Source of the DNA: Felis catus
Lineage: Eukaryota
Reading direction: 5' to 3'
NCBI RefSeq assembly: GCF_018350175.1
Contig: NC_058368.1
Coordinates: 86,492,001-86,556,000 of the forward strand
DNA length: 64,000 bases
The position numbers and the translations under genes were made by a program. The notes beneath the pieces were generated by a model. That model did not search any database, was not told the origin of the DNA, and saw only the letters and a program-made list of their open reading frames with translations. Position 1 is the stretch's first letter. Each line of letters begins with the position of its first letter. Below, one piece after another: positions 51,581-64,000 of this stretch.

Positions 51581-52718
51581 TTCTCTGGATATTTAATCAA
51601 TTACTACAAAAAATAAAGTAAACAACTTAAGACTCAGCTGAAGACAATTTATTGTTGTAGTTTCTTAATTTCCCTTTCCCTTACTGTCATGTACATCTGT
51701 CAAACTATATAATACCACATGAGAGTAACACCAGAAAGCCTCCGTCGAGGTCATTGAACCACAGTGATAACACTGTGGAATGACTGAAGGGGGTGTCAGC
51801 CCATTCCAAATCACCCACCTCATCTATCTGTCTAGAACAAGGACTATACTCTGGATCTCTCTAACATGGAAAGTTTTATAATGTGTATTGCAATAAGTAG
51901 TGAGACAAACCATGGAATATGAGGAATCAGCCCCAAATATAAATTCCAACTTACTCATTTAATATCTTTTAATCTTGAATAAATATCAGAGTATAAATTT
52001 ATTCAATGTACAGAGTGAGCTTTCCCATTTGATTCAATTAGATAATGCATATAAAAACATCTGGCATAATTCACTAGCAAGAAGGCCTTTAACAAACACC
52101 ATTTTTTCTACTTATCCATTCTTCCTCCATTATTCCTGAGTCAGGAAATTTTGAAAAACTTTCAAATTGTAAGGCTTTTTTTTATTTATTAAAAAGTTTA
52201 TTTCTTTTTTGTGTGTGTGCATTGGGTTATTGTTGCATTGTATTGTTTTTGAGTTTGTTTGCAATTCTTGAAATTGTAAGAAACTTTCAAAAATATGAAT
52301 TATTCTTGTTCATTGAAATACTAATTAGGTAAATTCCAATGGAATGTTATTGACTATTTTTCTGCACTCAGACCCATTCTGTATATATTTATTAATAGTT
52401 ACTTATTTTTGAGAGAGAGAGAGAGAGTGTGTGTGAGCAGGGGCGGGGAGGGCAGAGAGTGAGAGAGAAAAAAATCTGAAGTAGGCTACAGAATCAGTCT
52501 CAGCAGCAACCTCAACTTTCTTCTGGAGATACAGTTCTTTATCTTATAATTATTTATTCTGAATTACATATTAATTATTCAACAATAGAGAATATAATAC
52601 ATTCCTACCATACAATTCTAATAAACTTGAAAGATAGAGTTTGGGGGACCAAAAGCAGTCAGACATTAACTGCACCAGGAATTCTGAGTAATCACAGTGG
52701 GTTGGATATAGAATGTGG

Positions 52719-52749
52719 GAAATTAAATTATTAGCCCTGGGAATAATGA
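52719..52749. promoter_or_regulatory. Candidate Ebf (O/E) plus homeodomain composite site upstream of the OR14 gene
   Basis: gccctgggaa immediately followed by taatga, with further TAAT cores adjacent; ~1.15 kb 5' of the ATG. Confidence 0.4.
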
Positions 52750-53557
52750 TACTGTATAAATAAGAAAAGAGAACAGGTGTTATTTAAGCCAGAGAATGCA
52801 CTGTGAACAAAGCAGGATCAAGGCAGTCTGAAGAGGTGTACATAGAATGCTTGATAGGAAAGGTGTGAAGACATTTTGTGGGGTAGGGATGTAAGGAATT
52901 GAAGGACATGAACTGAGTGGCTCAGCCTTTACTATGTCTACACTGACAGCAAATGACACTCCAGGGTTTGAAGAGAATGGCATAACAAAGGTGGCATTTC
53001 TGAGAACTTAGTTGTTCCTTATGTTCAGTAACTTTTGAAGAAAGATTTTTTTGTGTGTTAAAGGGAAGCAGAGAGCATATTATTTTAATAGTACACTTAT
53101 GACCATATAATGAAGGTCTGGAATCATGTGAAGGAAAGAGCAAACACAAAATAACAAGAGAAAGGAGATGCGTGGAAGATTTGAATGTGTTATTGAATAA
53201 ATAAAAGTGAAATAAAGGTTCGAATAAAATTCTAGATACAGACCGATGGTTGTGAATTGTTTCATCTTTGCTCCAAAACTAGCCAGAAGATAGAATGTAC
53301 TTGTCTGTGTCCAACTCATATCTACCTTTTTCCCACTGTGGCTCTCTTGCTTGTGTTCTGAATTCTAGTGTTATAGCAAACTGTTTTGCTAATTACAGAC
53401 TTAGAAGAAAAGGCTTTATATAGAGGTTTTTGTTTTGTTTTGTTTTCCTCAGAGAGTAGGAACAAGTTGTTTTATGTCTTGACAAAAGGTGGTTATGAAT
53501 ATCTTAATTAATTATGAAATAAAAACATAAACTTTTAACTGGTATTAAGAAATTCCT

Positions 53558-53745
53558 GGGACACCTGAGTGGCTCAGCCAGTTTTGAATCTGACTCTTGA
53601 TTTTGGCTCAGGTCATGGTCTCACTGTTTGCAAGATAAGAGCCCCAGGTAGCGTCTGCACAGATAGTACAGAGCCTGCTTGAGATTCTCTCCCCCTCTGT
53701 CTCTGCCCTTTCTACCTATCTCTCTCAAAATAAATAAATAAATTT
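53558..53745 (+). mobile_element. Can-SINE, older copy
   Basis: Head, CT tract, (aaat)n; ttaagaaa flanks. Confidence 0.85.
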
Positions 53746-54144
53746 AAGAAACACTTTACACTATCATTGTACTCTTATAAGTGTTTTATAGCAGGGAAAG
53801 AGACATCTTTGTCCCTCAAAATACCAACAGACTTCCCATAGCTTGATTCACCCAGGCTTCAATGGCCTCTCTTCACTTCCTTGGACCTGCCACTGATGAG
53901 AATATCTCAAGCTACAAGTGTTGAAACAACTGTTAAATGCTTAACTATTTTTGACCAAGCCAGTGTATTAGATTTTTTTTCATTTTGTTTGTATTAACAA
54001 GCTAAAGCAGATATTTGTAGAAATAAAGTTCAAGTATCTTATATTTTGATAAGCCTCTTAAAATATTTCTAGTCCCATAAATATTTTAATGTTAACTGCT
54101 CATCTTTGTGTTTTAAATAGCTCAATGTTGAAATCCCTGTATCT

Positions 54145-54292
54145 TCTTTTTTTAAATATGAAATTTATTGTCAAATTGGTTTCCACACAACACTCAGTGC
54201 TCATCCCAAAAGGTGCCATCCTCAATACCCCTCACGCACCCTCCACTCCCTCCCACCCCCCATCAACCCTCAGTTTATTCTCAGTTTTTAAG
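54145..54292 (-). mobile_element. Short young-type L1 3' tail
   Basis: Closely matches 41908-42050. Confidence 0.85.
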
Positions 54293-56649
54293 AGGAATAT
54301 TTATTCAGTAACGTCCTCTCCCACTCTATTCCTTTCAAGTAGAACAGATGAGAGTTTTGTTATGTTTTATTGTTTTGTTAGTTTGTTTTCTTTTTCAGAA
54401 TAAATGGATCTCAGAAAGTATGCATTTTGTCAAGTTAGCCAAAGCCAAGTGTAAATCACAATTTACTAAATGCACTGTTGGGAAAGTGAGATCTTGCCTA
54501 ATTACCTACACCAGTCACATTCTAATATATTTTTATGTATTATTGAATATGACTTACATCCATACTGAACACAACTCATTATATGAAGAGATTGGAGCTG
54601 TGGAGAACTTAAAAAACTAGTCCCATGTCACACAGGGTAGAGGAAGGATTTGAACACAAGTGGTCTCACTCCTAAGGCTTATAAGCTAAAAAGTCTTATG
54701 TAATGTTGAAACTTAGACTTGACTGTATCCCTGGTTATCATCATTAAAAGCTCTTACAGAAGTTTTACTTTAGCACTCTTCTTCAGCATGGTGCTTCTCT
54801 TTGTGAAAACAGACTTAATATCTCAATTCTTTACAGGATGGGGCACATCCAAGTCCAGTGGATCACAGAGGTTGGTTTAACAGGCTCTCCTTCTTTCTAT
54901 CTCTTTTTGCGGACTTTCAAAGGATAATGCTAACAGCTAATGTTCAATACGCTTACTCTGTACACTTCACCCATGTTAACTCTGAGGTTTGAAATGGATT
55001 ATCACACACATAAAGATAAGAAAATGAATACTTACAGAAGTGTAATCGTCTGACAAGGGTTTCAAAGCAAAATAGCAGCCATAACCACATTCAGAGCAAG
55101 GACAGTAGAATCATCACCAACATGATCTTATACAGGATTTTGCCTTGGCAGAGAGCACTAAGAACCATAGGTTCCTGTCCATGCTTTTTCAGTTTTAAAG
55201 AGATTCTCCATTGAGTGGGTAAGTAAATACCCTGGGAATAGACCCGAATTAAAAACAAAACAAAACAAACGTAACAAAACCAAACCAAACAAAACACATT
55301 GTCCTTGGAATGAAAGAGACTTCATAGGGGTTACCTCATTTATCACCAAAGTTTTGACAAAAACTAACAAGACAGAAACTATTCCAATTTTACATTTTTC
55401 TTTAACATTACAATAGGAAAAAAAATCCATTACCTTAAGGTGCGTATACTTAATATACAGTAAGGTTGAACAAGTTTTAAAGTGTGTATGAACCACTTGT
55501 CTTAATTTTGTGTGGGATGTCTTTTTATACCTTTTTCCTATATTTATGAATCTTCATTGCTTTCTTTAAGCTTTATATATGTTCGGAAATTTAGAACTTA
55601 ATTGTCTCATGATTTTCAGGTATAAGGGCAATTATTTTCTTTTTTTTTGTTTTCATATTTTTTTGTAATAATATTTTGCATATGAGGTTTAATTTAATCT
55701 AGCCAAATGTACTAATCTGTTTTGTCATGACTTCTGGCTTTGAGATCTAGTTTAGAAAGGATTTGTTTTCTCACTTCCTATATTTTAGATTATACTATTT
55801 TTTTAAAAAAAGCAAGATATAATTTTTTAACTTTTTTCAAGTCCTCATCATTTCCCCTTCTCATTCAGAATTATCTTAAAAGTTTATTTCACTCATAGCA
55901 TCATTACAAAATTCTTCTTAGCTCATTTTTATTGATGTAGATATTACAATAGCTTTTTATTAAATAATTGCTTCAATGTGTTTTTAGTAATTTTCTAGGC
56001 ATGCAATCATAATATCCTAAAAATAAGCATAATTTAAATTTTTATTCCAATTTCAAAACTCATATGTATTTCACATGTTTAGTTATACTGATAAACACAA
56101 GAGTATTTAATTGCAAATAGACTTTTCTTATTTCTGGAAGTTTGGGAAACATGCATCATGTTGCACACTTCATATATGCTATGGGGATAAATTCAATGCT
56201 GACATATTAGGTTTTACTAAAAATTAGTGCTGAGTTTGATGATAACATAATTCTTAATTTAATTAATGTTGAAATATATTAATATATTTCCTGTCACTAT
56301 AGCTAATTTGACCTCTGGAGCAGAATAGTTTCTGTGCTATAATTTTTAGTGACTTTTGGAAGATAGGTAATATTGTTTCAGTTGAGTGTGTTCCCTTGGT
56401 ATTTACAAATATAATATATACTTGCATATTTTTTCTGAATATGTAGTTTTTAACATATTTACAAATACAGAATACAAAGAAAATTACAGTCTTATACACA
56501 TATAATATGTGTATAAGTAAATATAAATATAAATAAGTATAAATATAAATAAATATAAATAAGTAAAGAATATAATTTTAAAGTAAAAAAGTAAGCAATA
56601 CAGAACATTTTAAAATCACAGTCTTAATAGTCTCAGTATTTCTCTTCCA

Positions 56650-57215
56650 AAATACAGATTTATAGTATAGTCATGCAAGAAAAATGATGAAGCTTGAGAA
56701 TATTATGCTCAGCAAAAAAATCTTGATTCATACGACCACATATTATATGGTTCTATTCACATGAAACATCCAGATTAGAAAAATTCACAAGACAGATAGG
56801 AAATTAGTGGTGTCAGTGACTGAACCTAGGACAAAATTGGTAGTCACTGGCATTGGGTATAGAATTTAGTTTTTAAAGTAATGGAAATATTCTAAATTTA
56901 AATAGTGGTGATGGTATACAATTCTTTGAATACACTAAAATTCACTGCAGAGTATACGTTAAAATGGGAAATTTTGGAGGTGTCTGGGTGGCTCAGTTGG
57001 TTAAGTGTCTGACTTCAGCTCAAGTCATGATCTCACAGTTCATGAGTTTGAGTCCCACATCAGGCTCTCTGCTGTCAGCACAGAGCCTGCTTCAGATCCC
57101 CTACCCTCTGCCCCAGTCACTCATGCTCTCTCTCTCTCTAAAGAAATAAAATAAACATTTTAAAAAAATAAAATGGAAAATTTTATGATATGTGAATTAT
57201 ATTTACAAAGGTGTT
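56650..57215 (+). mobile_element. Old L1M 3'UTR with a SINE at 56976-57168; a second SINE follows at 57216-57425
   Basis: ttgagaatattatgctcagc...tatgtgaattatat L1M end; SINE TSD taaaatgg(g/a)aaatttt. Confidence 0.75.
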
Positions 57216-57440
57216 GGGGCACCTGGGTAGCTCAGTTGGTTGAGCACCCAACATTGGTTCAGGTCATGATTTCACAGTACATGAGTTCATGCCTCATATT
57301 GGTCTCTGTGCTAACAGTTGAGAGCCTGAAGCCTGTTTCAAATTCTGTGTCTCCCTCTCTCTCTGCCCGTCCCCCAATTGTGATCTGTTTCACTCCAAAA
57401 TTTTAAAAAACATTAAAAAAATGTTTAAAGGTATTACATT

Positions 57441-60400
57441 GAGAGGAGTTAAGATGGTAGAGGAGTAGGGATACACTAAGCTTGTCTCATCCTTGGGACA
57501 CTGCTAGATAAACACCAAATCACTTTGAACAGCCAAGAAACCAATCTGAGCATGGAGACAGCACATCTTCACAACTAGAGGTAGAAAAAAATGGCCACAC
57601 CTTGGAAGGTAGGAGTTTCCAAGAGTTGACTTTGGGGAGAAAAGAACTGTGGGTGCTGTGAAGGGAAGGAAGTCCTGATCATGATGAGAGGAGTGAAAGA
57701 GACAGAAAGAGAGAGAGAGTGAAAATTCATGAGGGAATTGCACAGGACAAACTTCCCTGAAACCTTTCACTGGGAAAAGGGGAGGGGTTGACTACAGCAA
57801 GTTATTATAAGAAGCAAAACACAAAGGCTGAAGATTTAGAGGTCCATGCCATCACTGGGGTTATGCCTTGCAGTGTTGGTGGTGTTCTGGTGAATAAGGA
57901 GGGTGGAGACCCAGGAGTAGCACCATGGTCTGAAGATACCTTGGGTCAAACAGTGAGAAAAAGTACTCCTACCTGAAGTACATTTGGGAGTGGTGTCACA
58001 GTTTCTTCAGGGACAAAAAGAACTGGCAACACCTCTTTGCTGCCCTCACCCTATCATTGGAACAAAGTTGCTTGCTGTGGGCTGCAAAACTTAGTGCCAA
58101 CATTGTGTTGTACTTTACCATAAACTCTGAACTAATGCATGGTTATGCAACTGCTTTTTTGAGATACACTGGCAAATGGCAAAAACTCTGAAAGACCCTG
58201 CCCCAGAGGATCAGGATGGGTCCATGTTGTTCTGTTCCCTAACATTCAGAGTTTGGAGTTTCGAAACCCAGCCACATGCCTGAGATAAAACAAAGTAGTA
58301 TTGTGTCACCTAGCAGGCAGACAGCTCAAACACAGGCAGGGTGAAGGCAGAGATCTGGCCAAAGCTGGGGACACAAAACAGGTGTTTGCTTTTTTGTGAG
58401 GGCTTCCTAATGAGTAGCAAGTCTAAACTCCCTTTTTCAGGGACAAGAGAGCAGGCAATGCCATTTTCCCACCCACCCATCAACACTGCACAACATCAGT
58501 GGCAAAAAGTGCTACCCAGTAGAGGCCAGAGGTGCTTACACCAAAACCCCACCCCACTGCTCATTGCAGGTGCATCTCCTCTAGGCCAAGTCCACCTGAG
58601 AATCAGTGGCCCCATCCCCAGAAGACAAACACAAAGTCCTCACATTCAACAAGTCTACTAATCAAAGTATTTTAAAACTTCAGGGGAAATGGGAAATGGG
58701 AAATGGGATCTGGCTTCCTTGTTTTTGTTTTGTTTACTTTTGTTTGTTTGATAAAGCTTCTTCTACTAGTAGAGCAAAACACACCTAGGATCTAGCTTAT
58801 TAACTGTTTTTACTCCTCATTAATATAGCCACAACTCTGTCCTATTGTCTAGGAATACAACAGACTTTCCTAACAATCACACAGACACAAAATAATAACC
58901 AAGAAAAAAATTGTAAAACAGAGAAATTCACCCCAAAAGACAAGACAGGAAGAATTCACAGACAGAAATTCAATCAATTTAGATACAAGTGAGATATCTG
59001 AACCAGAGTTTAAAGTGATAATCATAAATATACTAGCTGAGCTTGAGAAAAGCATAGGAAACACTAAAGAATCACTTATTTCATGAATAAAATAACTAAA
59101 ATCTTGTCAGGCTGAAATTAAAAAAAAAACAAAACTATAACTCTAGTGCAAAACTGAATGGATGCTGTTGCATAGGATGGACAAAGCAGAGGAATGATTC
59201 AGTGAAATAGAAAACAAAAGTATGGTAAATAATGAAGCTGGAAAAAAGTCATAAAGAGATATATTGGATCACAAATGTAGACTTAAGGAACTCAATAACT
59301 CCTCAAGCATAATTACAATGATACCATAGGATACCCAGAGGAAGAAGAGAAATAGAAAAGAGCAGAAGGTTGTTTGAGCCAATTATGGCTTAAAATTTCC
59401 CTCATTTGGGGAAGGTAATAGATATAGAAATCCAAGAGGCACAAAAAAACTCCCATTAAATCCACCAGTGTCAGCCATCACCAAGACATATCATAGTCAT
59501 ATTTACAAAATACACAGAGAAGGAAAGAATCCTGAAAGCAGTAAGGGAAAAGTCTTTAATCTATGAGGGAAGACAGATTAGTTTTGCAGCAGATTTGTTC
59601 ACAGAAACCTGGCAAGCCAGAAGGGAGTGCATAATATATTCATTGGGCTGAATGGGGAAAATATGCAGAAAAGAATACTTTATCCAGCAAAGCTGTCATT
59701 CAGAATAGAAGAAGAGAGGGGGGCCTGTGTGGCTCAGTCAGTTAAGCCTCTGACTTTGGCTCAGGTTATGATTTCATGCTTCATGAGTTCAAGCCCAGAT
59801 CAGGCTCTGTGGTGACAGCTCAGAGCCTGGAGTCTGGTTTAGATTCTGTGTCTCCCTATCTCTCTACCCTCCCTCATTTACATTCTGCCTTTCTCTCTCT
59901 CAAAAATATATCAACATTTAAAAAAATTAAAAAAATAATAGAAGAGATAAAGAATTTCCAAGGCAAACAAAAGTTAAAAGAGTTTGTGACCACTAAACCA
60001 GCTGCATGAAAAGCAATGGGAACTCCGAGGGGGGAAAAATCAACAGCAACAAAGACTAGAAAGGAACAGAGAACAGCACCAGAAACTCCCACTTAACATG
60101 TAACAAAATGGCACTAAGTTAGTATCTTTCAATAATCACTGTGAATGTAAATGGACTAAATACTCCAATCAAAAGATACAAGATATTTTAGATTTGATTT
60201 TTGAAAAGATCCATCTATATGCTATTTACAAGAAACTCATTTTAGACCTAAAGACACCTACAGAGTGAAAAGTGAGGAGATAGAGAAACATCTATCATTC
60301 TAATGTTTGCCAAAAAAATGTCAGAGTAGCCGTACTTGTATCAGACAAACTAGATTTTAAACCAAAAACTGTAACGAGACGAAGAAGGGAATTATATCAT

Positions 60401-63400
60401 AATTAAGGGGTCTAAACATCAAGAAATCTAACTAAGGTAAATATTTATAACACAACTTAGGAGCACACAAATGCATAAATCAATTAGTAACAAACATAAA
60501 GAATTTCATGGATAATAACACAATAATAGTAGGGGACTTTAAAACCCCAATTACAACAATGAACAGATAATCTAAGCAGAAAATCAACAAGCAAGCATAG
60601 CTTTGAATGACAAACTTTATCAGGTGGAGTTAGCAAATATGTTCAGAACATTTAATCATAAAGCAGTGAAATACATATTCTTTTCAACTGTAAATGAAAT
60701 GTTATCCATAATAGATAACATACTGAGTTACAAATCAGTCCTCAAGAAATACAAAAAGACTGATATCATACCATGCATATTTTCAGACCTATAAAGACCT
60801 TTCACACTTTAAGCTATGGAACTTAAAGTGAGCCACAAGTAAAAATTTGGGAAAACAACATCTACATGAAGAACATCTTACTAAGGAATGAATGAGTTAG
60901 CCAGGAAATTAAAGAAACAAAAAAATACATGGAAACAAATAAAAATAAAAACATGACAGTTCAAAAACTTAGGGATGCAACAAAGGTGTTCCTAAGAAAG
61001 AAGTATATAGCAATATAGGCCTACTTCAAGAAGCAAGAAAACTCTAAAACACACAACCTCAGCATACACATTAAGGAGTAAGAAGAGGAATATCAAAGGA
61101 AATATAAAGCCAGAAGAAAGAAAAATAAATAAATATTTGAAAAAAATGTACACAACAAACAACAACAATAATAAAAACAGAACAGAGCAATGAAGTTAGG
61201 AACTGGTGCTTTGAAATCATTAATAGAATTGATACACCCTTAGCCAGATTTATCAAAAAGAAGAGAATGGAATGAAATGGATAAAATCACAAAAGAAAGG
61301 TGAATAATCACAGTGAACACCCTAGAAAAATAAAACAATTATAGGAGAAATGGATTATAGTGAAAAATGATATGCCAACAAACTGAATAATCTGGTAGAA
61401 ATAGACAATTCCTAGAAACATACAAATTATGAAAACTAAAACAGGAAGAAACAGAAAATTTGAACAGACTCATAACCAGGAATTTTACTGAATCAATAAC
61501 CAAATTTATCCCAACAATCAAAATTCTACAAAGGGGAATTCTGCCAAATATTTATAGTTAATACCTATACTTCTCAAACTGTTCCAAAAAAAAATAGAAA
61601 TGGAAGGAAAACTTCCAAACTCTTTCTGTGAGGCCAGCATTACATTGATTCCAAAACCAAAGACCCCACTGAAAAGGAGAATCATAGGCCAATAGCCCTA
61701 ATTAACATGGATGCAAAAATTCTCAACAAGATACTAGCAAACTGAATTCAACAGTACATCAAAAGAATTATTCACAACAATCAAGTGGATTTATCCTTTG
61801 CCTAGAGGTCTGTATTAATATTAGCAAATCCATCAACATGATGCATCACATTAATAGAAGAAAGAATAAAAACCGTATGATCCTGTCAATATATGCAGAA
61901 AAATATTTGACAAAATACAATATTCATTTCTGATAAAAAAAAAAACCTTCAACAAAATAGATATAGAAGGAACATACCTCAACATCACAAAAGCCACATA
62001 TGGAACACCACAGGTAAAGAAAAACTGAGAGCTTTTTCCCCTAAGGTCCAGTAGAAGACAGGGATGTCCACTCTCACCATGAATATTTACCATAGTACTT
62101 AGCTTCAGAAATAAGAAAACAAAACGAAATAAACAGCATCCAAATTGGAAAGGAAGAAGTCAAACTTTCACTTTCTATAGACAACATGATACTCTGCATA
62201 GAAAACCTAAAAGCCTCCAACAAAAAAATGGCTAGAACTAATACATTAATTCAGCAAAGTGCAGGGCATAAAGTCAATGTAAATAAATCTGTGGCATTCC
62301 TATACACCAATAACTAGAAGCAGAAAAATAAATTAAGGAAATGATCCCAATTAATATTTCTCCAAAATCAAGACACCCATGGATAAATCTAAACTAAAAG
62401 GTAAAAGATCTGTACTCACTCTGAAAATTATAGAAAAGTTATGAAAAAAAGTGAAGAGTACACAAAGAATTGGGTAAAAAATTCCGTGCTTATGAATTAT
62501 AAGAGCAAACATTGTTAAAATATCTATACTACCCACAGCAATCTACACATTTAATGATAGCTTGGCAAAAAAAAAAAAACAAAAAAACAAAAAAACAAAA
62601 AAAAACAAAAAAAACAAAAAAACACCAGCATATCTCACAGAGCCAGAGTCAAAAATCCTAAAATATGTATGGAACCAAAAAAAAAAAAAAAAAAAAAAAA
62701 GACATCAAACAGCCAATGGGATCACTCTTAGTTAGGGAAATACACACAAAATCATGATGAGCTAACATCTCACACCTGTCCGAACGGCTAAATTTAACAA
62801 CACAGGAAACAACAGATGATGGCAAGGATTCCTTGCCCTCTTAAGAAGGGAACCCTCTTAAACAGTTGGTGGGAATGCAAACTGGGGCAACCACTCTGGA
62901 AAACTGTATGCAGTTTCCTCCAAAAGTTGAAATTTGATCTACTCTATAACCCAGCAATTAGACTACTAGGTATTTACCCAAAGAATCAAAAAAATACAGG
63001 TTTGAAAGGGTCCATGAACCCCAATGTTTATACCTGCATTGTCAACAGTAGCCAAATTATAGTGTGGATGGAGCTAGAGTGTTTTATGCTGAGCAAAATA
63101 AGTCAGAGAGACAAATACCATGTGATTGTACTCATATGTGGTATTTGGAAACAAAACAGAGGTACATACGAGAAGGGTAAAAAAAAGAGAGGAAAGCAAA
63201 CCATAAAAGACTCAATGATAGAGAATAAACTGGGTGTTGATGGAGGGAGGTGGGTGGGAAATTAGCTAAATGGGTGATGGGTATTAAGGAAGCCACTTGT
63301 TATGATGAGAACTGGGTGTATAGATAAGGGATGATCACTAAATTCTACTCCTGAAACCAATATTACATTATATGTTAACTAAGTAAAATGTAAATAAAAA

Positions 63401-63418
63401 TTTGGAAAAATAAATAAA
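57441..63418 (+). mobile_element. Near full-length decayed LINE-1 (5'UTR, ORF1, ORF2 with deletions, 3'UTR); SINE at 59718-59935
   Basis: Start gagaggagttaagatgg; ORF2 start near 60108; 3'UTR with G-rich tract and A-tail; many stops. Confidence 0.92.
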
Positions 63419-63905
63419 TGACATCCTTAATACCAAAAAAATATGTGTTACATCGAAAACAAAAATAAAATAGTCATCTTGTTCTATGTATCACAAAAAA
63501 TTTTATACTAATGCACAGATTAATATAATTCATATAGTAACATATATGTATATCTAAAATACTGCTATATGAAATCTTGTTTTACTTTTATTACCAACAA
63601 CTGCTCTCTTTTATGCTTATGTCATAATTTATTTAACTTGTCCCCTTCGGTGGATATTTAAGTTGTAATAATTTCTATTGGTGCAACTATTTTGATTTTT
63701 TTTTAGATATAATTTGCAAGAAAAATATTGTACATATAGTGTTTCAAATAATTATGAGATTATAGAAATCAAAATAAAGACTTAAATATACATCAATGAC
63801 TGAAGCAACCAGAAACATGTATATGTGTAATGATACGTTGCCTCGTCTAAATATATTTTTCATATATGTTTATTGATATGATAAAACAATGCATAATTAA
63901 CTCCA

Positions 63906-64000
63906 GGGGCACATGGATAGCTCAGTCAGTTAAGCTTCTGACCTCAGCTTAGGTCATGAACTCACAATTTGTGAGTTTGACCCCAGCTCAACTCTCTCTG
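63906..64000 (+). mobile_element. Can-SINE cut by the window edge
   Basis: ggggcacatggatagctcagtcagttaagc head. Confidence 0.85.

Noticed and set aside
52134..52148. Short palindrome ttcctgagtcaggaa with an AP-1 core
   Set aside because: A 7-bp-arm palindrome is unremarkable in 64 kb.
57441..63418. Potentially active full-length L1
   Set aside because: Many stops, frameshifts, deletions and a SINE insertion in ORF1.

Overview
Repeat-dense, AT-rich mammalian DNA, very likely from a felid (many tRNA-derived Can-SINEs of the feline SINEC_Fc type and carnivore LINE-1s), within an olfactory receptor (OR) cluster. Two OR loci face each other tail-to-tail. One is an OR1C1-like gene on + (28942-29877) disabled by an in-frame TAG. 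The other is an intact OR14-family gene on - (50648-51580). The rest is mostly decayed L1s, about 30 SINEs, MaLR LTRs, MIRs, a split Tigger1 and microsatellites. The most unusual element is a 2.46-kb betaretroviral insertion (3500-5964; LTR, tRNA-Lys PBS, truncated gag). Its right end is an inverted copy of the first ~150 bp of its own U3 rather than a 3' LTR, yet it has TG...CA termini and an apparent 6-bp target-site duplication. Other notable structures are a young SINE with five perfect tandem B-boxes, a 105-bp locally templated insertion copied from an L1 5'UTR 5.4 kb away, and a precisely joined twin-priming L1 inversion inside Tigger1. No prokaryotic-type systems were seen. Coordinates of old repeats are approximate, and family names come from recognition, not from a search.
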